A stretch of 64,000 nt of DNA, taken from the IMG/VR virus record IMGVR_UViG_3300044695_006401; one strand, given 5' to 3'. The translations under genes and the position numbers were made by a program. Positions 8,202-17,128 of the stretch are shown here, piece by piece. How positions within the stretch are numbered: position 1 is the first letter of the stretch; each line of letters starts with the position of its first letter. Origin of the DNA: a virus. Taxonomy: Duplodnaviria; Caudoviricetes. Under the pieces are notes generated by a model, which saw only the letters and a list, made by a program, of their open reading frames with translations, was not told the DNA's origin and did not search any database.

Positions 8202-8723
8202 TTATGAATTGTCACCCAACTTATTGAATAATAAGTATTTTATAGTTTCAACATCTAAACCTGATCTCAATGAAACATTTTCAATAGCCTCTTGGAGTTT
8301 AGTTTTCTTTTTTCTTCTTTTTTTTGGTTTTCTAATATCCAAGGCATTAATGTCTCCTTGGTTACAATAAGGGAAAGTTTTACATTTTTCTTTTACTGAC
8401 ACAAAAGATCCTCCAGGTATCTGAGCCTTATTCCATGAGGAACCCTGTCCTTTTACTGTATTACCCTTCATGTTTATGTCTTGAAAACTGTTCGCATCAT
8501 ATGGCCCGACAGAAGAACTCGATGTTACTTCGTTCGCTTCTATTTGTTTGATGTCTTTTTTTGTTTTATATTCAGATTTAGCAACATCGTCTTCTGACCA
8601 CATACTGAATGCGGGACTTGAGTAACCATATCCTCCACCAGTAGCCGTAACTTCTGTTGTTTCTTCTTCCTTTTTTTTCTTTAAGGCTTCAAGTATGTAT
8701 TTGTTTAAAATTTTCTTATCCAT
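8202..8723 (-). CDS. Hypothetical protein (173 aa)
   Basis: ORF track; TAATG stop-start coupling at 8723; CKTFPYC motif. Confidence 0.75.
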   Translation of the reverse strand: MDKKILNKYILEALKKKKEEETTEVTATGGGYGYSSPAFSMWSEDDVAKSEYKTKKDIKQIEANEVTSSSSVGPYDANSFQDINMKGNTVKGQGSSWNKAQIPGGSFVSVKEKCKTFPYCNQGDINALDIRKPKKRRKKKTKLQEAIENVSLRSGLDVETIKYLLFNKLGDNS

Positions 8724-8971
8724 TACTTAATGTTTTTAATTGTATTTTCCCAATTTGATCTCTTTGACCACAAAAAATGATAAAATTCAACAAAGGCTTT
8801 ACGAATATACTCATTAACATCTCCTCGTAATTTACCTGACTTCATGTCTGTTTTTATTCTTTCTATCATTCTATCTTCAAATTTTTTAATGGTATTAGCA
8901 TCCAAGAAACTTTTTATTTCTTTTCTAACGATGTTTTCAATTTCTTTTTTATCTGAAGATGATAATGGCAT
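8723..8971 (-). CDS. Hypothetical protein (82 aa)
   Basis: ORF track; TAATG couplings on both sides. Confidence 0.7.
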   Translation of the reverse strand: MPLSSSDKKEIENIVRKEIKSFLDANTIKKFEDRMIERIKTDMKSGKLRGDVNEYIRKAFVEFYHFLWSKRSNWENTIKNIK

Positions 8972-9384
8972 TATTTGAAAATTAAAAGATAAGTTAATGG
9001 TGCTATTATTGCCCCTGATATGATGTTGAAAATTGTGTTTTTTGTTTTCAATCTTTTGTTGTCATCAGCCAATCTTTGATTTTCTGTTTTATATATTTCA
9101 ACCTTTTCTTCAGTTTTAGAAATTATTTGAGTACTCAAAGAATCCTTTTCTACATATGTTTTAATTGTTTTATCCAACAAAACAATTTTATTATTCAATT
9201 CTTTTATTTCTTTTTGATTGAGTTTGTCAATTTCTTTCAATCTGTCATAATCGTTCAGATCTAATAAGATTTTTTGAGCAACAGAAAATGGGATACACAT
9301 TTCAGATGTATCCATAATTGGTTTTTGAGCACTTAATTTAAAACTCAACAAAACAAACCCTATAAGTGTTAAAATATTTTTCAT
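8971..9384 (-). CDS. Signal-peptide, coiled-coil, C-terminal-TM protein (spanin-like candidate)
   Basis: MKNILTLIGFVLLSFKLSA|Q signal peptide, central heptads, C-terminal hydrophobic IFNIISGAIIAPLTYLLIF. Confidence 0.55.
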   Translation of the reverse strand: MKNILTLIGFVLLSFKLSAQKPIMDTSEMCIPFSVAQKILLDLNDYDRLKEIDKLNQKEIKELNNKIVLLDKTIKTYVEKDSLSTQIISKTEEKVEIYKTENQRLADDNKRLKTKNTIFNIISGAIIAPLTYLLIFK

Positions 9385-9386
9385 AA

Positions 9387-9740
9387 TTAAAAATTATATC
9401 GTCCTCTCAACAAACTATCTATTTGTTTTTTGTCGGCACTTTTTATCTCTTCTTTCTTTTGAGTATAATAGTTGTTTACTTGGCTTTTCTCCATTTTTAT
9501 CTTACCAATTTTTTCATCTATCTTATCTATTTTACTTTGGTAAGCTTGAATAGAGTCATTAAGTTTAAGTTGTAGTTGTTTCATTTCATTTATATGTTTG
9601 TCCAACTGTTCTAACTTATATTTGTTTAATTCTGACATATCAGGTGCCGGTGTAAAAACTCTGATTAGTAAATAAATAAAAATAACACCTAGTATACCAA
9701 GTGTTATCATTTTCCAATTTTTAGTAAAAAAATCTTTCAT
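9387..9740 (-). CDS. N-terminal-TM coiled-coil protein (i-spanin-like candidate)
   Basis: TM ITLGILGVIFIYLLIRVF followed by a long coiled coil. Confidence 0.55.
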   Translation of the reverse strand: MKDFFTKNWKMITLGILGVIFIYLLIRVFTPAPDMSELNKYKLEQLDKHINEMKQLQLKLNDSIQAYQSKIDKIDEKIGKIKMEKSQVNNYYTQKKEEIKSADKKQIDSLLRGRYNF

Positions 9741-9742
9741 AA

Positions 9743-10294
9743 TTATTCTTCTTCTTTTTTAAATTGTGTTTTCTTTCTTGATGAAATTACTTTAGCCCAC
9801 TTTGATTTAAATTTTTCATGGTAGGAGGTCAACTTGTTAATCAAATCAACCAATTTGTCATCCAATTTGATCATTTCTCCGTTTATATATACCCCATTAT
9901 CCTCTCCGATTGAATAGAAGAACTCAATATCTGCATCTAAAATCTTACCGCTCCATTGAACGCTATTTGGGTAAACATTTAATATCCCAAAATCTGATAA
10001 GTCTGAAACATCATTTACAAACTCATCCATAGTTTCTTGAAAAGCAGCCTTTTCTTCCGTGGTCAACTGAAGTTCTTTTTTTTCTTTACCATGTAATGCA
10101 AGTAAACCTCCAGATATTCTATAAGTTTTTGATTTATCTTGTTTAATGTCATCACTTTCTGCACCGACTTCGTCTTGATAAACATCGTCTTCAATATTGT
10201 CTTCGATACTTTTAGCAATATTAGTACCTGTTGTTTGTTCTTGTAAAAGTCTAGATCTTTTTAACAAACTTTTTATTTCATCGTAACTATTCAT
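9743..10294 (-). CDS. Hypothetical acidic protein (183 aa), possible virion protein
   Basis: ORF track; N-terminal ...RLLQE|Q motif. Confidence 0.7.
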   Translation of the reverse strand: MNSYDEIKSLLKRSRLLQEQTTGTNIAKSIEDNIEDDVYQDEVGAESDDIKQDKSKTYRISGGLLALHGKEKKELQLTTEEKAAFQETMDEFVNDVSDLSDFGILNVYPNSVQWSGKILDADIEFFYSIGEDNGVYINGEMIKLDDKLVDLINKLTSYHEKFKSKWAKVISSRKKTQFKKEEE

Positions 10295-10889
10295 TTTTTA
10301 ATAATTCTTCTAATCGTTTAAAGTTAAATGAAGGATTTACATCCTTATATATAAAATCAAAATTACTTCTTGACACAACACCTTTGAAGTACTCAACATC
10401 ATCTTGTTTAACATTATTTCCCAAACAAGTTTTTGGTATGTTGAATTTCTCACATAACTCACTTATCAAATTTGCCAAATTTTCTAACTGAATTTCAGTG
10501 TATGGGTCCCAAAAAAAATGATCTCTCCACTTTTTTTCGTAAGCCTTTTTTTTATAAATATCCCCAATCCAATTAACATACGAATCTTGTAAAGGATTTT
10601 TTTTAAGCCAATTATAATTCTCTAATGTTATTATTATACCATATCTATTCACATCTTCATCATCCATGTATTTTGAATAACTTTGGGGTTCCATGATTTG
10701 AAAGACATCCCCATCTTTTGTGATAATATAATGTGGTAAATATGGGTTATTTTTATTATACCGATATCTTAAAGAATTAATATAATTCTTATAACCTCTT
10801 TTAGTGTCAGTAATAATAATTTGTTTTTTATTGTTACTAGTACCAATCGGTTTAAATTCGTTGGATGCTGACAGATTTTGGACTTCCAC
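10287..10889 (-). CDS. N-acetylmuramoyl-L-alanine amidase-like (Amidase_2 fold), Zn ligands apparently degenerate
   Basis: KQIIITDT, PHYIITKDGDVFQ, IIITLEN, YTEIQLENLANLISELCEKFNIP and DVNPSF follow the Amidase_2 layout; the expected His positions read D and N/R. Confidence 0.65.
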   Translation of the reverse strand: MEVQNLSASNEFKPIGTSNNKKQIIITDTKRGYKNYINSLRYRYNKNNPYLPHYIITKDGDVFQIMEPQSYSKYMDDEDVNRYGIIITLENYNWLKKNPLQDSYVNWIGDIYKKKAYEKKWRDHFFWDPYTEIQLENLANLISELCEKFNIPKTCLGNNVKQDDVEYFKGVVSRSNFDFIYKDVNPSFNFKRLEELLKNE

Positions 10890-11979
10890 CTCGATTTATG
10901 TAAGACAATCGTTTATTAGTAGGTGCAACATTTTCAGGTTTCGTTTCTTCAATTATTGGTTGTTCCACTATATTATTTTCTTCAAACATTTTGAAGTATT
11001 TTTCCTCGTCAAATAAATTTTCATCGTCTTCGAACATTTTTTCAAATGATCTTACTTCTTGTATTTCTATCGTTGGTTCTGGTGTGGGGGTAGGAGTATT
11101 TTTTGGAAAAATGGGTAAGACTTGGGGGGTAACTTGAGGGGTGACTTGGGGGGTGACTTGGGGGGTCTCCTCTTCTTCTTTTTTACTAGTTTTAAACGCT
11201 TGGTTCGTAGCAATGACCAATGTTATCGCCAATGGATCAAAAACGAATATTAATATAAGAATGAATATGTTTGCAGTTTTCTTAACACCCCAACCAGTAA
11301 GCTCACTTATATATTTAATTGTACCAAGTTCATTACCTGATATCTCAGCAGATTCTTTATCTAATATCTCAATATCCAATTTTGTAATACTATCGTTTAA
11401 CGCATCAATTTTCAAAGACATTTTATCACGATTTTCAATTGCCATCGTCAATTGTGTTTCAAATGACTTTCTATTTGCGTTATTTGCTCTTGTAATCAAC
11501 TGACCTGTTTGTCTATCAACACTTTGAGTTGTAGTATTACTTGAAAGAGCTTCTCTTAATTTTGATATGTCTTTATCTAATGTTTGTTTTTCTTTTTGGT
11601 ATTCACCTTTGATTTCTTCAAACCTTTCTTTTTTTACTTCGATGTTTTTTATTTCCTTTTGACCTATCTCAAGTTTTGCAATATTAGAAGAAAATCCGGT
11701 ACTTAATAAACCATAGATACCAAGAGATGTAATAAGTGATAATGTTACCAATGCTATTGTCATATAAATTTTCAATACTCCATATGTTTCTTTCCACTTG
11801 TCGTGTAAATATGTTGCAATTGCAAGTTTAGATATTTCTAAAAATCCACCCATAACTATAACAGGTAAAGCAACCCCCACAAATACAACGGATAGACCAA
11901 CAACACTATAATATGCTGCAGTTCCTGACAAACCAAGAGCACAAAAAAGTAAAAACCACGGTAATAATTTATTTTTCAT
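10852..11979 (-). CDS. Multi-TM membrane protein with large coiled coil and Pro/Thr-rich tail (start revised to 11979, MKNKLLPW)
   Basis: Three N-terminal hydrophobic segments, coiled coil, TM IFILILIFVFDPLAITLVIA. The track start at 12066 would run through the terminator and promoter motif. Confidence 0.75.
   Translation of the reverse strand: MKNKLLPWFLLFCALGLSGTAAYYSVVGLSVVFVGVALPVIVMGGFLEISKLAIATYLHDKWKETYGVLKIYMTIALVTLSLITSLGIYGLLSTGFSSNIAKLEIGQKEIKNIEVKKERFEEIKGEYQKEKQTLDKDISKLREALSSNTTTQSVDRQTGQLITRANNANRKSFETQLTMAIENRDKMSLKIDALNDSITKLDIEILDKESAEISGNELGTIKYISELTGWGVKKTANIFILILIFVFDPLAITLVIATNQAFKTSKKEEEETPQVTPQVTPQVTPQVLPIFPKNTPTPTPEPTIEIQEVRSFEKMFEDDENLFDEEKYFKMFEENNIVEQPIIEETKPENVAPTNKRLSYINRGGSPKSVSIQRI
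11120..11167. repeat. 4 x 12-bp G-rich tandem repeat (ACTTGGGGGGTG consensus) encoding TPQV x4
   Basis: Units start at 11120, 11132, 11144 and 11156. Confidence 0.9.
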
Positions 11980-11995
11980 AATAATAACTATAATA

Positions 11996-12003
11996 GATAA
12001 ATA
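11996..12003 (-). promoter_or_regulatory. TATTTATC motif 16 nt upstream of ATG 11979
   Basis: TATTTAT core directly downstream of the sigma-gene terminator. Confidence 0.45.
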
Positions 12004-12011
12004 TAAAAGAT

Positions 12012-12040
12012 AAAGAAAAACCCCCTTGTTAGAAGGGGGT
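12012..12040 (-). terminator. Rho-independent terminator after the sigma factor gene
   Basis: Stem ACCCCCTT (12020-12027) / AAGGGGGT (12033-12040), then TTTTCTTT on the minus strand. Confidence 0.8.
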
Positions 12041-12052
12041 CGTGTTATAGTA

Positions 12053-12868
12053 TCATAAATATTCAAACAAATCCGAACACTCGTTACGAAGTTTACGAAG
12101 TGCTTTTTCTTTAATTTGTCTTACTCGTTCTTTAGTTAGACTAAAATCAGAACCAATGTCTTCTAATGTTCTAGGTGTACCTGTGATACCGTAGTAGTCT
12201 TCTATAATAATTCTTTCTCTTTCATCTAAAACACCCATAATTTCCATCATTTTTTGTTTTAAGATGTCTTTAGTGTTGAAAACTTCGTCGGGTGATTCTA
12301 CATTATCGTTTTTGATAATGTCAATTAGAGTATCACCATCTTCATTGATATGCATGTCTAAATCAACCATGCGAGGTAAAGAAGCAAACTTACTAGACAA
12401 CTCTTTGTTTGTTTTTTCGTTTTCTCGTTTTTCTTTTTGCATGTCTTGTACGACATTTACCGGTAGTCGGATGGTACGAGAGTTATCATTTAATGATTGT
12501 AGGATTGATTGTTTGATCCACCAAACCGCATAAGAAATAAAACGATTTTTCTTTGACCAATCGAAGTTTTTTATTGCCTTCATTAACCCATAATTCCCTT
12601 CCGCTATCAAATCTGATAGGTCAACACCTTGGTTTTGGTATTGTTTAGCAACCGTAATCACAAATCGAAGGTTCCCTTCTAACATTTCTTTTTGAATAGC
12701 ATTTTTTTCTCTATCCGTACAGTCTGTTGATGAGATTCTCTCAGCCAATGCTCGTTCCCTTTCGGGAGTCATGACTTTTAGTTTTCGAATGTCTTTAAGG
12801 TAAATTTGAATTTCATCCTGATTAAGGGGGTTAGTTGATTTTGTTTCCTCCATTTTCTCTCTTTCCAT
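12053..12868 (-). CDS. Sigma-70 family RNA polymerase sigma factor (Bacteroidota RpoD/SigA-like)
   Basis: Region 1.2 YLKDIRK; region 2 NLRFVITVAKQYQNQG...DLIAEGNYGL...FISYAVWWIKQSI; region 4 TLEDIG...TKERVRQIKEKALRKLR. Confidence 0.95.
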   Translation of the reverse strand: MEREKMEETKSTNPLNQDEIQIYLKDIRKLKVMTPERERALAERISSTDCTDREKNAIQKEMLEGNLRFVITVAKQYQNQGVDLSDLIAEGNYGLMKAIKNFDWSKKNRFISYAVWWIKQSILQSLNDNSRTIRLPVNVVQDMQKEKRENEKTNKELSSKFASLPRMVDLDMHINEDGDTLIDIIKNDNVESPDEVFNTKDILKQKMMEIMGVLDERERIIIEDYYGITGTPRTLEDIGSDFSLTKERVRQIKEKALRKLRNECSDLFEYL

Positions 12869-13436
12869 AATTGTCTAATATTTGTTTCTCTTCTTTTGTT
12901 AATGACTCTATTCCTTTCTCTGTTATCTTTTCTAAAATTTGGTCCACTGTTGGTTTAGGTGATTCAGGTCTTTTAAACTTCATCGGAAACTCAAAGTTTT
13001 CATCCGACAAAGGTAAAATAAATTCCATGATATTACCTAATTTTTTCTCTTTTTCTTCATTTAATTTTTCTACATCTACTTCTTTGTTCTTGTTTTCTTT
13101 CTTAACTCCGTCAATATTTAAAAAATCTTTCTTCAATTTTCTGTCCATCTTGATATCTACATTTTCTGTCGCTTCCATCAAAAAATACTGTTCTACTTGA
13201 CCCTCTAAACACATGTCAATATAGTCTTTCAACTCAGCAAATGTTTCTTTGGTTCTAAAGTGTAAAACCATTCCAAACTCACCGTAGTTGAATTTTAAAA
13301 ACTCACTAGATACGATAGTAACTAATTGATACGAAATTTCATCAATAAAGTTTTCCATTTCCGAAAAATCGCCGAAAATAAACAACATATATCTTTTATC
13401 TTGTGACTTCATTTCTTCTTTCTTAATTCTTCCCAT
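12831..13436 (-). CDS. Hypothetical protein with DUF6576-like C-terminal helical motif (201 aa)
   Basis: C-terminal VDQILEKITEKGIESLTKEEKQIL. Confidence 0.65.
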   Translation of the reverse strand: MGRIKKEEMKSQDKRYMLFIFGDFSEMENFIDEISYQLVTIVSSEFLKFNYGEFGMVLHFRTKETFAELKDYIDMCLEGQVEQYFLMEATENVDIKMDRKLKKDFLNIDGVKKENKNKEVDVEKLNEEKEKKLGNIMEFILPLSDENFEFPMKFKRPESPKPTVDQILEKITEKGIESLTKEEKQILDNYGKRENGGNKIN

Positions 13437-13459
13437 AAATATTTCTTAAATGTATTTTA

Positions 13460-13467
13460 CAAATATA
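13460..13467 (-). promoter_or_regulatory. Bacteroidota-type -7 element TATATTTG upstream of 12831..13436 and the sigma gene
   Basis: Exact TAnnTTTG; no recognisable -33 element. Confidence 0.45.
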
Positions 13468-13483
13468 CTATTATTTTTAGTAT

Positions 13484-15889
13484 CTATACTAATTTTGAAA
13501 TATTATTTTCTTTACGTATTTTCACAACGCAATCAGCCCATTGAGAGACGAGGGGCGAGTGAGTTATGACGAAAATCTTGTCAAAATATTCTTTTATTTT
13601 GGTGAAGAACTCAGCAACCATCTCTAAGTTGTCATTACTAATTTTACCGAATATCTCGTCAAAAACAATTACATTTGGTTTAGGTAAACTACATATCTTA
13701 CTCAATACTGATCTTAAAGCAAGTGCAGCAACACTACGCTCATAACCCGAACCTGATACCATTAGTTTTTCAATTCCTGTTCCATTATCAATCATCACAA
13801 ACTCGACTTCGTTTTTGTCTGAAATTCTAATTTCAAGTTTGAAGTATGAACTATCTTCCATCAATCGTTGAAGTTCTGAGTTGATGAGTGGCATCATGGT
13901 TTTCATTATGATTTTAGAAATTCCATTCTTACCAAAAAGTTCTAAGTATATCTTATAGATTTTTTCTTTTTCCTCTTCTTCTTGGATTTTAACAATAGTT
14001 TTTTTGTTGTTTTCAATCTTTTCTTCTAAAGACTTGATTGTGAACTCATTATTAGATATAAGAGTATTGATTTTGTTTTTTTGATTATCTAATTCATCTA
14101 ATCTCAAATCAGCCTTAATCAACATTGAATCAATCTTTTGGTTTTCTTGGATTTTATCTTGGATTTCCTCCCACCTTTTGATTTTATCTTTCAAAGAAGT
14201 AATTTTTAAATCGCAACTTTCAATACTAACCTCGTACTTTTCTTTAATAAGTTTGTTTTTTTCATACTCATCAAACTCTTTTTTCAACTGAACAAAACCT
14301 TCTTCCGTGCGGGATAAAACCGTCATAGCAACCTCATTTGTCTGTTTCTGCATGATATATCCATCAAGTTCAGCAATCTTTGCATTCGTGATCACAGCGT
14401 TCATTAATTCAATACCACAGTGCTCACATTTAATTCCACCTTCAACAGATGACTTCAACTTATTGATTGACGCAATTTCGGTATCAATCTTAACTATATC
14501 TTTGTAAAGTTCATTAATTTCTTCTTTTACTTTATCGTGTGTATCCTCATAATAAAACTGAGATGGTTCAACAACTTTAAGTTCAATGATTTTAGAAACT
14601 AGACCCTTTTTTTCAAAATCAATTGTGTTGATTTCTTCCTGTGTCTTTGTTGGATTTAATAAACTAATCTCGTGGTCAATGTTTGTGTGTTTTTTCTTTA
14701 ACATGTCATCACGATAAGTTTTACCTTTCAGAATCGCATCTTCTACATTTAAAAGTTCCTTCTTACTTTCTACAATCTGTTCTAAATTATTTTTGATTGA
14801 TCCTTCATGTGTTTCGATATCATCTTTTAATTGTTGTGAAGAATAAATGTTTGACATCTTGGATTTTGAAAATTCAGAGTAGATTTCTTTTGCTATTTCC
14901 TCTTTTGTTTTCAAAAACTCTAATCCCATAAATCTCGATAAAACCTGACCTCTCGCTGTTGGTTTTGCCTCCAACAACTCTTCAAGGTTTGATGCGGTTG
15001 TAAGAATGGTCATTAAGAAGTCCTCTTTCGTACCAATTGAAGATTTAATGAACGCTTCGGTTTCTCTTCTTTGTTCACCTGTAAAGTTTTGTAAACTACC
15101 ATCAGACAACTTTTTAAAGAAGTCCAACTCAGTTTTAACATTCCATTCACCTTTTTTAGATAACTTTCTTTCAATTGTTCTTACTATGATATAATCTTCA
15201 CCATCGATTTGCACTTCACCCTTTACATGTACCTTGTTCTTATCACTAAAACGATTGAATATTTCTTCAGCCTTTGTTGTCTTTGTTGTTTCATTAAAGA
15301 ACAAGAACATCAATAGATCAACTGAAAGAACCGTTTTTCCACCGAAGTTTGGCGGGTCTGATTCTACAACAATAATTCCATTGAGTTTCTCAAAATCCAA
15401 TCTCTGATTTTCACCATAAGACAGGAAGTTTGAGAACTCGATGTTTTTAATGTACCACTTTTTAAACTGAGCAGTTTCCTCTTGTTTTTCAGCGATCTTG
15501 TTTTCAACCATTCGGTTAATAGATAGTACTGATTCTAAGTGGTCGTTATAACCTTTTGTCTCCAAGTGTTGTTTAATTAACCCCAACTGGTAATTAGTGT
15601 CAGTGATATTCATCGACACATCAATACTTTGGTTCTCTTCAATGTTGGTGACTTTTGCCTTTGTTAGAACATTTACATTAGTTGTATTATACTTTTTTGA
15701 AAAGTAGTGTTTAACGGACTTTATTTTGTCTTGTGTAAAGTTTTCAGGTAGGTCTTCCCAAACTACTTGAATTGTTGGGTTAATAAACTTTGAAATATCA
15801 AGGTCTTTTATCATTATTTGGTAATTAAAGGTTTTAGTTTCCTTGAACAGATCCAACTGGTTCTGTGGTTGTATTTGTATTTTCATCAA
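13484..15889 (-). CDS. sbcC: SbcC/Rad50 (T4 gp46-like) SMC ATPase with N-terminal extension (likely start 15814)
   Basis: IEFSNFLSYG, Walker A NFGGKT, coiled coil with zinc hook CEHC, signature variant SGYE, Walker B IVFDEIFG, H-loop VITH. Confidence 0.9.
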   Translation of the reverse strand: MMKIQIQPQNQLDLFKETKTFNYQIMIKDLDISKFINPTIQVVWEDLPENFTQDKIKSVKHYFSKKYNTTNVNVLTKAKVTNIEENQSIDVSMNITDTNYQLGLIKQHLETKGYNDHLESVLSINRMVENKIAEKQEETAQFKKWYIKNIEFSNFLSYGENQRLDFEKLNGIIVVESDPPNFGGKTVLSVDLLMFLFFNETTKTTKAEEIFNRFSDKNKVHVKGEVQIDGEDYIIVRTIERKLSKKGEWNVKTELDFFKKLSDGSLQNFTGEQRRETEAFIKSSIGTKEDFLMTILTTASNLEELLEAKPTARGQVLSRFMGLEFLKTKEEIAKEIYSEFSKSKMSNIYSSQQLKDDIETHEGSIKNNLEQIVESKKELLNVEDAILKGKTYRDDMLKKKHTNIDHEISLLNPTKTQEEINTIDFEKKGLVSKIIELKVVEPSQFYYEDTHDKVKEEINELYKDIVKIDTEIASINKLKSSVEGGIKCEHCGIELMNAVITNAKIAELDGYIMQKQTNEVAMTVLSRTEEGFVQLKKEFDEYEKNKLIKEKYEVSIESCDLKITSLKDKIKRWEEIQDKIQENQKIDSMLIKADLRLDELDNQKNKINTLISNNEFTIKSLEEKIENNKKTIVKIQEEEEKEKIYKIYLELFGKNGISKIIMKTMMPLINSELQRLMEDSSYFKLEIRISDKNEVEFVMIDNGTGIEKLMVSGSGYERSVAALALRSVLSKICSLPKPNVIVFDEIFGKISNDNLEMVAEFFTKIKEYFDKIFVITHSPLVSQWADCVVKIRKENNISKLV

Positions 15890-16076
15890 CTATTGTTGCA
15901 TCTTCAACTAAATTATTTTCTGTGTCTGCTGACATTTTTGCAAACTCTTCTCTTAATTTTTCCATTTGTTCTTGCATCGCCGTGTTCCATTCTTTTGAAA
16001 TTTTTCTTTCTGTGTGTTGTAATCTAAGATTTCTTTTAAGAACTTTTGCTCTGTGTGCTTTTGCCGCTTTTCCCAT
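15834..16076 (-). CDS. Hypothetical protein (80 aa), basic N-terminus and acidic C-terminus
   Basis: ORF track; operon context. Confidence 0.6.
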   Translation of the reverse strand: MGKAAKAHRAKVLKRNLRLQHTERKISKEWNTAMQEQMEKLREEFAKMSADTENNLVEDATIVDENTNTTTEPVGSVQGN

Positions 16077-16101
16077 TTTTTAAACTATTAATTATTATTT
16101 A

Positions 16102-16440
16102 TTACTTTCTGTTTTCCTCAAACCACTCAATGATTGCATTTATCCCCCATACAAAACCCGCAGATAACATACCATCATAAAATACAGATAAAAATTCATT
16201 TAGTCCAATGAATTCTTTGTTTGGTGAAAAATATGCCAATGATAGAAAAAATCCCACCCATGTACCTGTACATAACATACAAGAAATTAAACCAGATAAA
16301 AAATTACCTATAAAATTAAATGGAGCATATTCATTTTTACCCCACCTGTGAATCGCATTTCTCCAATTTGCGAAAATTGATCCATAAACTAAAATTGTTG
16401 TCATTCCATAGGCGACAACTGCCCAAATTAATAAATTCAT
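16102..16440 (-). CDS. DUF1360-like membrane protein
   Basis: Three hydrophobic segments with CMLCTGTWVG (CxxCxxxW) motif. Confidence 0.65.
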   Translation of the reverse strand: MNLLIWAVVAYGMTTILVYGSIFANWRNAIHRWGKNEYAPFNFIGNFLSGLISCMLCTGTWVGFFLSLAYFSPNKEFIGLNEFLSVFYDGMLSAGFVWGINAIIEWFEENRK

Positions 16441-16441
16441 A

Positions 16442-17128
16442 CTACCTATATAAGTTATCGTTTAGATTAGAACCACCATGAAATCGAGCGTTCATTTGAT
16501 TGTCGATTTTAGGTTGATTTAATATTTTATTTTCTAATTCTTTATTTTTTATTTTTAAATCCCTGATCTCAACATTCAAGTTTGTAATTGTCTGTTGTAA
16601 CATTTGAAGTTTGTTGTTGTCGGTATTTTGGAAATTATTTTCCATTTCTTGTGTTTTAGTGGAAAATTCTTGTCTAATTGTATCGATTTCGGTAGTTTTA
16701 GTGGAAATTTCTTGCTCCAACTGTTGTATTTTTAACAACAGTTCATTTACTTGAGTGTCGTCAGTTATATAGATTTCTTTTTTAATAACTCTATCTATTG
16801 GGACTTCTTTGATAACCTCTTGAATTACAACTTTCTCTACCGGTATTTCTTTAATCACTTCAACAGGTACTTCCACCCGTTTTTCAACAATTACCTCCTT
16901 TATTACCTGTTTTTCTTCGATCCCACCCGTTTTTAAGTGTTTTTCACCTTCATTAAGTGTTTTTCCCAAAAAACCATACTTCTCAATATCGAAACCTTGT
17001 TTGAAACACTTGTAAACAAAGTCATCAACATTTTCAATATTGTTTGCAGAACAATATTCAGACACCGTCTGCACAATTTTGTCGTTAAGCATTTTGGAGT
17101 TTTTCTGTTCCATTTTCAATATCTTCAA
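16442..17128 (-). CDS. Coiled-coil protein with E-V-I-K/E-V-P repeats (228 aa; likely start 17113)
   Basis: VIKEVIVEKRVEVPVEVIKEIPVEKVVIQEVIKEVP followed by heptads. Confidence 0.7.
   Translation of the reverse strand: MKILKMEQKNSKMLNDKIVQTVSEYCSANNIENVDDFVYKCFKQGFDIEKYGFLGKTLNEGEKHLKTGGIEEKQVIKEVIVEKRVEVPVEVIKEIPVEKVVIQEVIKEVPIDRVIKKEIYITDDTQVNELLLKIQQLEQEISTKTTEIDTIRQEFSTKTQEMENNFQNTDNNKLQMLQQTITNLNVEIRDLKIKNKELENKILNQPKIDNQMNARFHGGSNLNDNLYR

Noticed and set aside
11980-12066. Track start for the membrane protein at 12066
   Set aside because: This extension would run through the sigma-gene terminator and the TATTTATC motif; ATG 11979 fits better.
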